Assembly: GCF_033153115.1 (NCBI RefSeq)
Contig: NW_026889761.1
Coordinates: forward strand, 9,238,001 to 9,302,000
Source: Saccostrea echinata
Taxonomy: Eukaryota
DNA length: 64,000 nucleotides
Direction: 5' to 3'
Positions 27,611 to 41,421 of the stretch are shown in pieces. Positions within the stretch are counted from its first letter, which is position 1. Each line of letters begins with the position of its first letter. The notes below the pieces were generated by a model, which searched no databases, was not told the origin of the DNA, and worked only from the letters and a program-made list of their open reading frames with translations. The translations under genes and the position numbers were made by a program.

Positions 27611-30199
27611 TATTAATCCAATATTTTTCCAAACAATTTTGATGCTTAATCATATGGAAATGATAATATATTTGTATTCTTAATGCTGGTTTTAAGAAAG
27701 ATTTTTCTGATATATTACCACTGGAAAATTGTCTCCATATAAAGGTCTCACATAGGAACCTAGGGTCATGATTTCAACGAATTTGAATCTACCCTACCCA
27801 AGAATACTTGATTGTTTGTGCGAGTAATTGGGTCCCCAGTATTTTGAAAACAAAGTTTGAAAGGCACATTTTCCTATGTATTAAAAAGGCTAAGATGTTT
27901 TTACTATTCAATAATAATTTCTCTTTGAAAGAAGGTGTGAATCTTTACTAAGAATGGGGCCAATTATATTAAGAAGTAATTAATCAAATTACAATTACTT
28001 TGTTGTTGTTTTCAATTTAATTACAATCAAATAATAGTGCTTAAAAAGGTAATTTAGTCACAAATACTAATAAGTAATTAATTAATTTCAAAGTACATTT
28101 TTAAACATTTTTTTAAAGAATGAATTAAAACATAAGACTCTAACAGCTCACCCCTGCTCAATACCCTGGATGCTTTGAGGCAAGTTTGGTCTTTTGGCTT
28201 TTCGAGAAAAATTTGAAAATGTAAAAAGCTTACAGACAGCAAAATGATAGATGGACGCAATGCACCTTTTGATCAGCAAAGCTTACACTAGCCGTTTTGT
28301 TCAGGTGACCTAAAAATTTACCAAAAACACCTAAAAAATTAATTTTTAACAAAAATTATTTTATAAGTTCATGGTAACCGAAATTTATGTTATCGTGGTC
28401 ACAAAGAACATATCAGCCAATTTTCAATAAGAAGTTTAATAAGATTTTTATATGAAATGTTGAGATAATATAGCCAATTAAAATTTTGCACTATTGCATT
28501 TTGTATTCTGTTCAGAAAAAAACGTATATACCTTTTTGTCTAAATTCAAATTATCCAAAAAAATATCTACATAGGCTGGATCAGTCAAAAGGCTGTAAAA
28601 ATGGAACTGAAGTGATGGTGGGAGATTTTTGTCCTCTGCCAAAAACGCCGTACCCTCCAGATGAGACTTGCTTAACATCCCTTTGTATAAAAAATATATG
28701 CGTTAGTTTTTTTTAATATAAAACATAAATTGTAAAATCACTCGACAAAGTTTATGAGAATTCTTAATTATCGTTTTCATTACATATTTTTCGTAATAAT
28801 TACATGTGCTTTTTGATATCTACGAAAACATAGTGCATAATAAAACAATTTTTAATCTTAAAAAGAATTAAATAAGAATTTTGTTTATCCTTTAAGAAAT
28901 TTACCTGACTTAAAAAACAAGTATTTTATCAAATTCATTGGTGACAAAAGTTTGGCCGCGGTTGCCACGCTCGAAGTATTCGAATGAAAATCTAAAAACG
29001 TCATAACATGATCCTGCAAATTCTCCCCTACTGGCAGATCTGCAACCAATGGGATCTGAATAGCAACGAAACAGAGAAAATATGTAACTATTAAGCAATG
29101 CATGATACGCGATACATTCAAACCCAGTTCATGAAATTGAAAACTACGATATATTTTATAAAGAAAAAGCATAGGATCTTTATGCCTTTATGAATTGATG
29201 AAAATACAGGACTTTCAATCCATTGCTATAAATACCTTGAATTTCATACCTTTTGTCATTGATATACGGGATATGAATGCTCAGAAATATCGAACAGGTA
29301 GCTTTAAGAGTTTTAGTGATGTCATGAAATGTGTAATTACTAGTATTAAGAAAATGGAGAAATATTTAGAAATTACTAAAGATTAAAAAAAATGTTGAAA
29401 GTCAGTTTGCGTAGTAAGTTTAGTGTATACGGGGGAAACAATCAGCATATGAAATAATATTAGACTAGCGATCCCAACAACGACCTTTCCTTCTCTTTCG
29501 CTAGTCTAATCATCACAAACATGCGTAACAGATTGTCCTCCTTTTGATGAAACAGATCCTAAACAAGAACTGTAAACAATTGCGTTGTAATTTTTGATGT
29601 ATTAATTGCGTCTTTTGTGTTTGATAAATAAATTTAGTACCAAAAAATCATTTCCGTTGGAATCGATGTTTATATACATTTATAAAACGTGATAAAAACA
29701 GCTTTGAGATTTAACAGAGCTTAACGGGGTTCAAGAAAATTAATACACTTGTATTTACATTTTTTACCGAGTACCCGGGTACTCGATTGGAAAAACGTCC
29801 GAGTAACCGATTATCAAAAATTGACCGATTTGACATCCCTAGTAAATAAGGAATATAAATATTATTCTATTTTCTGTATACAGGATAAAAAAATGGAGGG
29901 GTTAGTGGGGGTTCGGAGGGAGCCATATGCCTATATAGCGACAAATGAAAAAGCAATGAATTTACTTGTCACAAATTCCACTTTTTGTTAAATTTATTTA
30001 ATGTTTATTACCATTTGCGTACAATATCGACAATAACTGAATACAGTAACTGCGAAATTGGTTATGATTAACACAACAAAATGACGACACGCCCATTTTT
30101 CACAAAAACTGACATAAATTGGATGCTATAACTACATTTTTTGAATTGTGTCATAGCTCCATTTATTTATTTATTTACTAGATGAAATTTATACCACTA

Positions 30200-30328
30200 N
30201 NNNNNNNNNNNNNNNNNNNNNNNNNNNNNNNNNNNNNNNNNNNNNNNNNNNNNNNNNNNNNNNNNNNNNNNNNNNNNNNNNNNNNNNNNNNNNNNNNNNN
30301 NNNNNNNNNNNNNNNNNNNNNNNNNNNN
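30200..30328. other. Assembly gap (N run)
   Basis: 129 N. Confidence 1.
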
Positions 30329-30595
30329 ACAGGCTTATAGCAGGAAGAAATACTTTGTTCAAAATCCCGCATGAAGTAGAAGTACGTCTCCAACCCCCCA
30401 ACCCCCCCCCCCCCCCCAACCCCTGTAAAACTTAAATAACAATATCATTAATTGACGTTTATTGTGAAACCTGTTATACACAATGTACTATGTTATGGAT
30501 ATTTTACTTCAAATGCTCTTATTTCATTTCCGTCACGAACAAAAGCAGTGAATATGCACATTTAACTGAGAAATACATTTTTTTTGGTAAGAATT

Positions 30596-30662
30596 CACAG
30601 GTACTTGGGTCTTGGTTTATAAATATGTATGTACCTTATTGATATGTAAAAACTGTACCTTA

Positions 30663-30706
<44 letters not shown>

Positions 30707-30761
30707 TATCAATAAGGTACATGTATACATATTTATAATCCAAGACCTAAAAGTACCTGTG
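30596..30761. repeat. Inverted repeat (~58-bp arms) enclosing a poly-T run
   Basis: cacaggtacttgggtcttggtttataaatatgtatgtaccttattgatatgtaaaaa pairs with tttttacatatcaataaggtacatgtatacatatttataatccaagacctaaaagtacctgtg. Confidence 0.8.
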
Positions 30762-30794
30762 TAAAAATTAGCTTTTATTTAAGCCCTATGAATA

Positions 30795-30951
30795 CACTGG
30801 CGGATTTAGAGGGGGGCCAACCCCCCTCCCGTTTTGTGTCCAAAATATACATAAAATTTAATAAATCATTTTTTTTGGTGTGTCCGTGGGCCCCTACCCC
30901 AACCCCAACTGGTTGCCCCCCCCCTTTTCAAGATTCCTGGATCCGCCACTG
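30795..30951. mobile_element. Short MITE with CA(G/C)TGGCGGAT termini
   Basis: cactggcggatttag...ctggatccgccactg, flanked by gaata on both sides. Confidence 0.7.
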
Positions 30952-33360
30952 GAATAGGCCGAGTATTTGATACAAAAGACTGTATTCAGAGAAAAACTGA
31001 AATGTATTAATTAAAGCACAAAATTATACAACATAATTGTATTTGAATAATGCCTTATTCATTGATATTCTCTTTTCATGTAAGCAAGTTTATTGCGAAG
31101 TACAAATTTTACTTCGGATTCGTTGCCACGATGCTCTCAGTGAGGAATATATACAAATCTTACCGATGAATTTATTAGAAAAACCTACTACATATATGTA
31201 ATAATCTTTCGATATATAAATATATTCACAACTTACAGTGTTATCAATGATTTACCATTATTTCAATGACCATTCACACAAAACCCTTTTTTTTTTGTTT
31301 TTCTTTTTAACATCGGGCTCGATTCTATATGATGTTCTAGAAGCTTCCGTCAATATTACGATCGGTGAATGACGAAAATAATTTGCACATTTCCCTTTTT
31401 AATCGGTTATCACAACTTATTTCCTTTATATCATTTAAATCAAGTTTTGATTGAATAATTCAGTAATGACGTTTAATGAAATAAATTAACGATTGCTTGT
31501 TGTCAGTTTCATTAAAAATTGCCAGTAACTTTGATCCGCCAACCGGAAACGCCACCGTACTCACGTTTTTGCTATTTCATGGCTGTTTATAGAAAATAAA
31601 AGTAGACTTTTAATTTAATGTACGATACTTACAATGCAAGTGAAATCTAGATATAGTTTACGGACATCATCTTGTATCGTGTGTATTCTTAGAGGAGTAA
31701 GTAAGAACTCTGGGGCACCCGTTTCAGAGTTTATTTGCAAAATTTATTAATTTATAAGTATAGATTTTTTGAGAGCAAATAATGAAAGGCGATGTAAAGA
31801 TCTTTCTCTTTACACTTTACAAAACATTGGTACCATATTTATGTGACTGTGTGGTGTAGTTGTCAGCGAGGAGCTATTTAGACGGACATTTATTGAAGAA
31901 AGCGTTCGAATCTTGCTCTAATGTTTTGATTTTTTGGTTTTGTTTAACTTCATAATAAGTTGGCATAGGCATAAAAGATTTTTCACGGAAAAGAGAATAT
32001 ATATCTAATAATGAATCCATTTACAGTACATTATTAAAAATGCCGGATAAGAATTACAATAAATATTGCATAAGTGTATTCCCCTTTTTATCTAATTTTA
32101 TTAAGAGCATTTCGGGAAAAAACACCAAGATCAATATATATATTGGCTTACATTGGCTTTTGGTTCCTGTAATCCCCCAATTTCTTTTTGTGGAAATGTG
32201 TAAAGGCCTTACATTTGGAAATAACCAGTTTAATTCCACATACAGAGAAACAGATAATTTCTTTTTTCGTTTTATTGACGCCTTTCATTTTGGATTCAAA
32301 TTTAAGGACTACACAACGTATAAAAGTTATCATTGTACCTGAGTGTTGAAGCTCTTGGATTTGTATATCTTCAGATTTAATGAAATACGGGAGAACATCT
32401 TTATAGCTCCATCCTTTACATCCCTCTCTGGCCCAGCCATCGTAGTCATGGCGACTGCCGCGGACATATTGCATGAAGTTCAAATTACTTGTTCCCCCAA
32501 GTACTCTTCCGCTTGGCCAAGAAGATTGCTAAAAAATTAAAATAGAAATCATAATGCATTGTATTAAAGAAAACAACAAATCCAAGTGAATCCAATAATA
32601 AATAGATGCTTTTACAAGACAGTGATACCCGCACGTAAGAGTTTGCCTCTAAATGTATACTTGCTCCCTTGTACCTGGGCAAGAAAGCAGTTACAAGTTA
32701 TTCTGTAATCTACATAAAATATGTATACACATGTACATTTATCAGATTGAGCATAAAATAAACAGGTGAGCGTATATGATCGTGGGCCTCTTCTGTGAGG
32801 ATTTCAAATAACAAATTCATACCAGTCTAAAAGCAAAGATAGAAATGAGGTAAACTCTGATTTTAATAGCATAAAAGAGGGAGTACCTTCTTGGAAATTA
32901 ATTAAAATTACCTTGTGAATTAAAAAGTCGAATTTTCTCAATCACTTTTTAAAGAGAACTCTGATTAGAATCTACATATTACTTCGATCCAAACAAAAAG
33001 GAAAATCAGCAGTTATGGAAAGCCTTATATCTAAGTAATATAATGAAGTATGAAGATAACGAACAGTATTCAATCTCGAAAGTCCAATGAAACGATACAA
33101 ATTTGGATCTTTTATCTTATGTAAGATTTTGAAGTAACTCAAGTACATCATGCTCAATCTTCATAATGTCACCAGACTGTAATAAGGTAATTTTTCCACC
33201 TTATCCGTTAAGAAATCAAGAGAGCTCATTTCCACGTGATAATTAGTCAAACCGTTTTCAAGACTAATCGGGACCTTACGCTATCCGCGGATACTGCAGA
33301 ACACAGTGCAAAAGTGGAAGGTGATTACCGGTATTTTGACTGAATCGTGTCACAAATCAT

Positions 33361-33475
33361 TTAGCGAACTCGACAGGTTCTCTATTGTGGATTCAAATTT
33401 ATGGGGGACACTCCTACTTCGCACTAGTCCTCCCCAAATTTGTATCTACGATAGAGAACCCGATTCGTTCTCTAA
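33361..33475. repeat. Imperfect hairpin (~115 bp), MITE-like
   Basis: ttagcgaac...ggttctctattgtggattcaaattt...ggggga / tcctccccaaatttgtatctacgatagagaacc...gttctctaa. Confidence 0.6.
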
Positions 33476-34204
33476 GTAACTTTTTCACTTTGACATACCT
33501 AATATTGCCTCACATGCTTTCGTCGCACATAAAGTGTTCCTGAGTTGCTAATAAAGTGATTTGTACCTTGTTCCGCATTGCAAGACATGCTTTCTTTTGG
33601 GGTTTAGATTTAAACATTCAGTCTTGATTCGATAACTGAACACTTCCTGTAGCAATTGGGATACTTATGTTTTCGTTTTCAGTCTCGGAACCCCCAGCTT
33701 CTAAAATAAGCACCGATGACCCTGGATCTTCCGAAAGTCTGTTAGCGAGGACACATCCTGCTGATCCAGCGCCCACTAAAGAATATTGCAAATAACGGCA
33801 ATATATATAGGTTATTGAATTTCAAAAAGTGAAAGTACAGTTCTATTTTCACTAGCTGCAGAGCTGTAGGTTGCTGGCCTGTAAAAATCGGGATGATCGT
33901 CCATGCATCCCAATTTTTTTTCAGACCAGAGAGCTACAGATTTTCAGATTGTCATAAGCTTTTGCTATAAGCCTCATCATTCTGTTTTGAAGTAATTACT
34001 TACATATAATGTAATCATACGAAGAGTTGAGAGAAATAAGTTCTATTGTTGGAGTCTTTCGATTGGTGTAATACACAACTATAACACCGAGAAATAACGC
34101 TATTATGCCCCCCTTAAATCTCATCTTTTTCTAATTACGATTCGCTAGTTCACTGCAAAAAAATTCTGTCATTAAAAAATGAAGCATAATGTACCATAAC
34201 TTAA

Positions 34205-35040
34205 TGAAATATATGGAGGTAACGAACAGTATTCAAGCTAAAAAGTCCATTAAACATTACAAAATAGGTGCAGGGCAAACACTGACCTCCAAAACATCAG
34301 AGATGGGATCAGGTGCCATGGAGAAGTGGGCATCCCTTGCCGACCGGTCACACCCGCCGTGTGCTCCGTGTCATGATCAGGAAATAACGGAAAGATCCAT
34401 CGACAATTCAGTGTGTAAATAATGGCCTAACAATTAGTATGAAAAACGTCAGTCAGCATTTGACTCAATGGTAAATTGTATTTGCTGACAAGGTCATTGT
34501 ATCGACCATAGAACTTACGAAATGATGACTTTAAACGAGACTGCTGATATTCTTGTTTCATCAACTTGTTTGTCAATAATTTACCTCGTTTTAGAAAATG
34601 TACATACATGTACGTAGAGCATGCTCTTGCGTATCGAATCAACTGAGAGATATAAACCCCGTATGCAGATGATGAAGGTATATTGCTGCATAAGTAAGGG
34701 AAGTTGACGATTGAAAAGTTAAAGTCATCACGTTTATCATAAAGCGTGGTTGTTAGGCTACCATTAACGTCTTTTTCAAGTAAAATATCCAAATATGAAA
34801 CAGATGTGTCAGACTCTGTAGTATCTTATATCTCAAGTTCACCGGGATATATCGTATCGACATAAGAATGGAAATAACTATTGTTAATTGACAATACGTC
34901 GTCGATATATATTTCCTATTATATAAAATATATGGAGATAACGAACAGTATTGAAGCTCAAAACTTCATTAAACAATGCACATTTGGAGCAGAGCAAACA
35001 CGGACCTCTAAAACATCAGAGGTGGGATCAGGTGCCATTG
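34205..35040 (-). mobile_element. Penelope-like (Naiad-type) retroelement: RT C-terminus plus 3' UTR, with a partial tandem second 3' end
   Basis: ORF 34427-34792 (LYDKRDDFNFSIVNFPYLCSNIPSSSAYGVYISQLIRYARACS...[11 protein letters not shown]) is a PLE RT thumb ending with no C-terminal GIY-YIG. The 3' terminal segment 34205-34320 is repeated at 34925-35040 (pseudo-LTR-like). Confidence 0.85.
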
Positions 35041-38000
35041 AGAATTTCTATTCTTTGAAACTATTCGCATTTATGAGCAAGAGATAGCAAACAACATTTT
35101 ACCTACACTTTGGTAAATCTTTTACAATATGATTTTCTTTAGAACATTGTGAAGATTAACAAAGAAATCTTTGATACTAAAGTTATTTTATTCAATATTC
35201 TTAATAAATCATCGCATTAAATCTTACTTAATGGGATTGTTGTAATAAAGTGTTTTCTCGAATCATATAATTTTTAAGGTAATTCATTATTATATAGTTT
35301 TTCTCATACATTGACGAAAAAACTTGCATGTAAAAAGGTGCTCACACGATGATTTTTGTATATCTATTTGACCTTTCATCTACCCTTGGAACCATATATA
35401 TGGATGATGATGATGATGATGATGATTATCATTGCTTTATCTGATTAGTAACTTGAGTCTTTTACAAAATGCATCCTTACTAACCGTTGTTTGTAAAACA
35501 TGCAATTTTCTTCTTCTTTCGTTTTTGCACGGGGCTCCATCCGGAGAATCGTCGTACAATTTATTCATGTGTTAAAAGTTTGATATCATAGTAAAATTGC
35601 GTAATGTAGAGACTAGAAAGGACAATATCCTATATGTTGGTTTTCTCTCTTTGATATTCTTTTCTCGCCCGATTTTTGAATTGTCGTCTGATTGTACAAA
35701 ATTTTATGGTTACATCGTCTTTGTGTTGATTTGACTGCGTTTCTCACATTTAATTTTCCCTTATTTATTTATTGAACTTCTTGTGATATCTTAACTTACG
35801 TTTTTCTTAATTGTTTCTAAATATCTCAAAAACCATACAAAATCTTGAGCTTAAAGCTCATTAAAATATTTTTGTCGTTTAAGTTTATGAACTAACTATC
35901 AGTTTCTTTTTTTTATATTCCTTCTTTCCTACCGTACAATCTTAATCTGAGCTGGACTTTTCACTTTTCTTATGCAAAGTTCTAAATAGAAAATGTTCAA
36001 TGTTAAGAGGCTATAAATATATACAATCACAGAATACATTACCACATTATCTGACGGTAACTACATCGGCTCAGGATATCACCACATGATACTAGTTATT
36101 CCTAAGGTAACCATTCTATATTTTGACCTGAATGGGGTAAAAAGTAAACAAAGATTAAGTGTCGGGTTGGAAACATTCTACTGCTTGTGTCTATCATATA
36201 ATGTCTAATAAGTTACTGTCGGAAAAGAAAATAAAACAAAATGATAAATTTACCAATAGTTAAAAGAAAAAAACCCCGACACTTTAAAAAATATAATTAT
36301 GCAATTTACAGATTTATTACATACGGAGAAACATCCGTGCTTCATTTCAAGGTGGTCCTAATTTTTAACGTGTTCTTAAGAAAAGACAACATACGGTAAA
36401 TGAATTGACACCTTGAAGGCTAAAAATATATAAGTGAACCCCTCACATTGTCAAAATTAGTTTACTCAGCATCGCGTCTAGGTTTAATTAAATTTCACAA
36501 AATTCTAATATATTAGTAAAGATGTTGTTCATAAGATCAACAAAGAACTGTAGTCATACAATAGAAAATAACATATTTAAATGTTATTTCCCCCATTTCC
36601 CCCGTACTTTTTATTATGTCATACTATGTTATGGAAATGCCATTATAAAACATGTATGAAAATTATAGCTGATCTCTCAAAATTTCTTATATGAATATCT
36701 CGGAAACGAAAAGGAATTTCTGAATTGTTTTTGAACAGAAAATATTTAAAACTAGGAAATTCTCAATTGTTTCTAATTTGCTTTAGGTTTATGAAATTTT
36801 TTCAATGGTTTATCATTATTTTGAACTTTGACAGGCATTGCCAGACTCACGATATATGAATGAGTAACGAAAAAAAAAAAAGAACCATGGTTAAAGTAAG
36901 AAACAAACTTTTTCGGCCTCAAAGCAACTTTGTCTAACTTTTGTCGATCCCTGGATTATTTTGATATTGAAATAAATGATTAACTAAAATAAAGTTTTAT
37001 CATTTGGACACGATATTACTGAGAAAATTATCATTGTGTACTTTATTTAAGGATACCTGTCACATGACACAATTGACTACGTCATAGACTCTGTTAATAT
37101 AGGCTATAAAGTTAACGTTGATAAAATACCGGTAATCCAAAAACTAGTATTTGTGTCATTTCTGTACGTCTTGTTATGCGTCAACATTCAATATAAAAAT
37201 ATTTTAAAATTGTTATCGATCATGCCAATATGTAAAGATTGTGAAATAGATTGATCCACCTCTCTGTTTCTTTACGCTGCATGTCAAACAAGTTAGTGAC
37301 GTCTAATAACTAAAGTCTGTTAATGCAGTGAGATCAAATACGCAGCACTGTTAAGGCGTACTTTGAAGAAGTCAACGGAATGTGGAAGTGTACAAATAGA
37401 TACCTTTTTAAACTGAATTTATTTTCGTAAAGCTGTTTAATTAAGGAATGAATTTAATAGCTTCCCAAGTTATACTATATAACCTGGGTTAGCGCAGTTT
37501 ATGCTTTATAAACTGAGAAGCGGTTTTCATTTGTGGTTAAAAATTCCCATCAAAGACTCATTAATGGACCCATAAACACAAAGAATCAAAACTTCATACA
37601 GACACTGTGCGGAGCAATATTTGCAGAGCAGCTGACCATGAATTTCTGAATTTCACAATTTTCGTAGAGGACTCATTACTTGTTATAATCACGCCAACAG
37701 TTAGACTTGGTGCGTAAGGTCCAGGAGCAAGAAAAAACTTTTTTCATGATAACATTATTTTTGAAGGTTTTGGCCCCACCCCACAGGCCCGGTCCCAGGG
37801 AGGCAAAGACCATGAAATTATTCACAATTTATGTTTCCCTTTATCAAAAAAATGCTATATATAAAAATCGTTAAAACTGGTTTAGAGGCTCCGAGAAAAT
37901 GAAAATATCAAAGATTAATTTATGAAAGACGACTGACTAATGACCACAGACGGAAGTCACATGACGACGGACAAAAGCTGATAGCAATAGGTCACCTGAG

Positions 38001-38271
38001 TCATCTATAAACTACTTGCTTGAATATTTGCAAACGTCCTACTTAAGAATTTTTCATTGAGTATTTCTGATAATAATCAAACAATCCTGTAACCCAGAAA
38101 CACACGTCGCAACATTTATCCAATTCAAATACACGCAACCCAAATCATCATCATTACCCTAAATTCTGAAACAACGAAAAGATTAAAGATTGGGAAAAAG
38201 TAGTATAAATCACATTTCTCCAATTATAACCTATCAATACAAATAAAAAATTTCTAATTGTACAACACTAA

Positions 38272-41200
38272 TCAAAGTTTATCCGTTCTTTCTCTGATGA
38301 ATTTCACACTGTTTATATTTCTTATAATATCAGCAGCTTTTTCTGCAATCATTATGGTTGGAGCATTTGTATTTCCGGAGGGCACATTGCGCATGACGGA
38401 AGCATCGACGACTCGAAGGTTTTGGACTCCTCTCACTCTGCATGAAATAAAAATAAATTATTCTCTAATTTTTCAATTTAATGTTTAATATCGCTCTTTT
38501 CAAACCGTACGGCTTGATACAAAAATAAATTATTTTCTAATTTTTCATATTAACATTTAATATTGCTTTTTAAAAACCTTCTGTATTAGATGGATAAAAA
38601 GGTGTACATTGTATTTCCCATTTTCTGGTTGTAATTTGAAATTTTGCTACCAATATATTAATAATAATCAAATTGATGTAATACTGAAACACATCTGAAA
38701 TATAAAAATACCTTAGTTCAGGATCTACCACTGCTGTTTTATCATCTTTGGCTCCCATTCGACATGTGGATGTGGGATGATAGACTGTATAAGTGAAATG
38801 TCTTATTCTACAGATCCAGTACTCGTCTGAATCTGGTTTTATTTCGTCACATTGTGGGGTGTATGACTCCAATGGATCCTTTGACGAGGCACCAATTGAC
38901 TTAAACGCTGCAGTGTCACCAAGCCTTAGTATCTCTCGTACTCCTGGAAATATATATATATTCCGTGTATTTTGTTGGTAAATACATGAAACACTCCGAA
39001 ATAAATGGTACATGTATTATATCGGTTGATAAAGAATCTAATGACAAGTTTTTGAAAATCTAAAATTCAAGTGTATTTTAAGCAGCATCATTACCTGATA
39101 TGGTATTTTGTACACTAGTAGATTTATTTATAAGGTAGATATTGGTTTCTGTTCTTTTTTTAATAATATTGAACAGATTTTTTGACAGCTATAGAGTAAT
39201 TGGATGTTTGATTAATACACTGTTCCCTCTGAAGTTTTTTTTTTCAAATCAGAATAATATCCTAAATGCCATGCAAACAAAAAATGCTACTTAAGTCTAA
39301 AATTCTATCCATGTACCTTTTAAGAGTGTTTTGATATCATCTGGGTGGTCGAGGTAGTTTGGATCAATAATAGGCGGATCAAATGGATCATCACTTTGAA
39401 GGCGTATTGTCCCTCGACTCCTGGGATGAAGAAGAATTGGAAGAGCAAAAAATGTCCCTCTATTTCCCTCCAAGTTCCTTTTCAATTCCTTCTTTTTGCC
39501 GTCTCGTAGCTTTATATTTGCATAAAATAAATACTGTTTGTACATGTACATTTCTACAGTTTACTAAGGTTATGAATTGTTTAAGAATTCCAATCTTTAT
39601 AACCTTTGTCCTAGACTGATGGCCCGGACTTAATCCTTGAAGTCATGTTTTGAACAAACTTCAATGTTCCTTGCAAAGGGATGCATGCGTATCATTCAAG
39701 AATTGTGCTTTTATTGTCAACCATGTTTTGTAAAAAAGAAACGCAAAGGTGTTTCTTATATTTTCTATTTTAGACCCGTCCTTAGCCCTGGGTCATGATT
39801 TCAACAAAAATACCTCTAAACATATAGGGATGCTTAAATATTTGAATAATAATGTCCGTTTATAAATTTCCCAAAAGTACCCCCTTTAAAGCTTATTTAC
39901 AATCCTACCCTATCCCCAAGGACCATGACTAGATCAAATTTGCTAATTGTATCGATACTGTTCTTTACATAAGAATCTGTAAAAATATTTTTAAAAACGT
40001 TATTTTGTCCCCACGTAGCCACGGGGGTCATAATTTGAATAGATTTGACGCCACAATATTGAAGATGCTTGCATGAAACAAGAAGATGCTTGCATATGAG
40101 TAAGACGTATTATGCCCTGTTTTTTTTCTTCAGAAAACCTTTAAAAGATTTTTCAGTACACTCAACAAGGGAGTCGTATTATGACACAAACTCTGTCTTT
40201 TTTTTAACATGAATGATCAAGCAACAAAGGATGAAATGTTTCATGGCTAAATAGAAGGGTACAAATATTAGGATAAACATAAAACTTATAAAATTCCAAA
40301 TACACATTATGACTATAAGCAAACATTATTTTACTCAAGACGAAATATAAAAATCATTTATGGGGTAGCATGTAAACATTCATTTAAAATGTATAACTTA
40401 AATACGCATTTAAGATGTTTCTAATGATAAAAAGGGCAGTACAATGTGTCTATGATGGAGATATATTCCTATTATATGGATATAATAAATATGAAATATG
40501 TGAAGAAATTAAAATTACATCTTATTTATTCAATATAACTAATTAAATATCAAGTAATTGAAAAAAATGAACAATTAAAAATTCCCTCCAATTACTATGA
40601 AAAATGTAGTTAATTACATTCAAATACAACCACTTTTTTTTCAATTACCCTATCCCTGCTCATTACCTATGGATGCTTTGAGGCAAGTTTGGGTGGTAAG
40701 TTCTTTTGACTCTGGAGAGAAGTTGAACATGTAAAATTTTAACAGATTGCAGAAGGATAAATGGACGCAATACACATTTCGAACAGAAGAGCTTACACTA
40801 GCCTTTTGTTCAAGTGAGCTAAAACATTTACCAAGAACACATAAAAAATTAATTATTAACAAAAAAATTTTGTAAGTTCATGGAAATCAGAATTTGTGTT
40901 TTCATGGATACAAAGAACACACCAGCCAATTTTCAATCAGACGTTGGTTGCAATAAAAAGTTTTAATAAGATTTATAGAGAAATGTTGTGATATTATAAT
41001 CAATCATGATTTTGACTGGTAAATTTATCAGCTGTAAAGCACTGTTGAAAGTATTTACCTTTTTGTCTATATTCAAATTATCTAAAAACATATCCACTTG
41101 AGCCGGATCAGTCGCAAGGCTGAAGAAATGGAACTGAAGCGGTGGTGGGAGACTTTTGTCCTCGGCGAAAAATGCTGTACCCTCGAGATGAGTTTTGCTT

Positions 41201-41334
41201 AACATCCCTTTGTATAAAAATAAATATGTTGAATCTTTATAAGATATAAATTTTAAAAATTACTGGTCAGAGTATATAGAATTCTTAATTATTGTTTCCA
41301 TTACTCAATTTCACAAATAATTACGTGCCCCTGA

Positions 41335-41421
<87 letters not shown>

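Larger units (their letters stand above)
21196..34124 (-). pseudogene. GMC oxidoreductase paralogue B; exons 4-6 not present in the visible sequence (probable pseudogene, or exons hidden in the gap)
   Basis: Exons 1: 34124-34004, 2: 33775-33567, 3: 32528-32339, 7: 29055-28905, 8: 28680-28532, 9: 26988-26796, 10: 21788-21563 (6-nt in-frame deletion), 11: 21361-21196. No exon 4-6 homology in 29056-32338, which includes an N gap. WPRG is changed to WPSG. Confidence 0.65.

Noticed and set aside
34205-34430. Hammerhead or HDV ribozyme in the PLE 3' region
   Set aside because: No CUGANGA...GAAA core, and no convincing HDV P1/P3 pairing could be built by eye.
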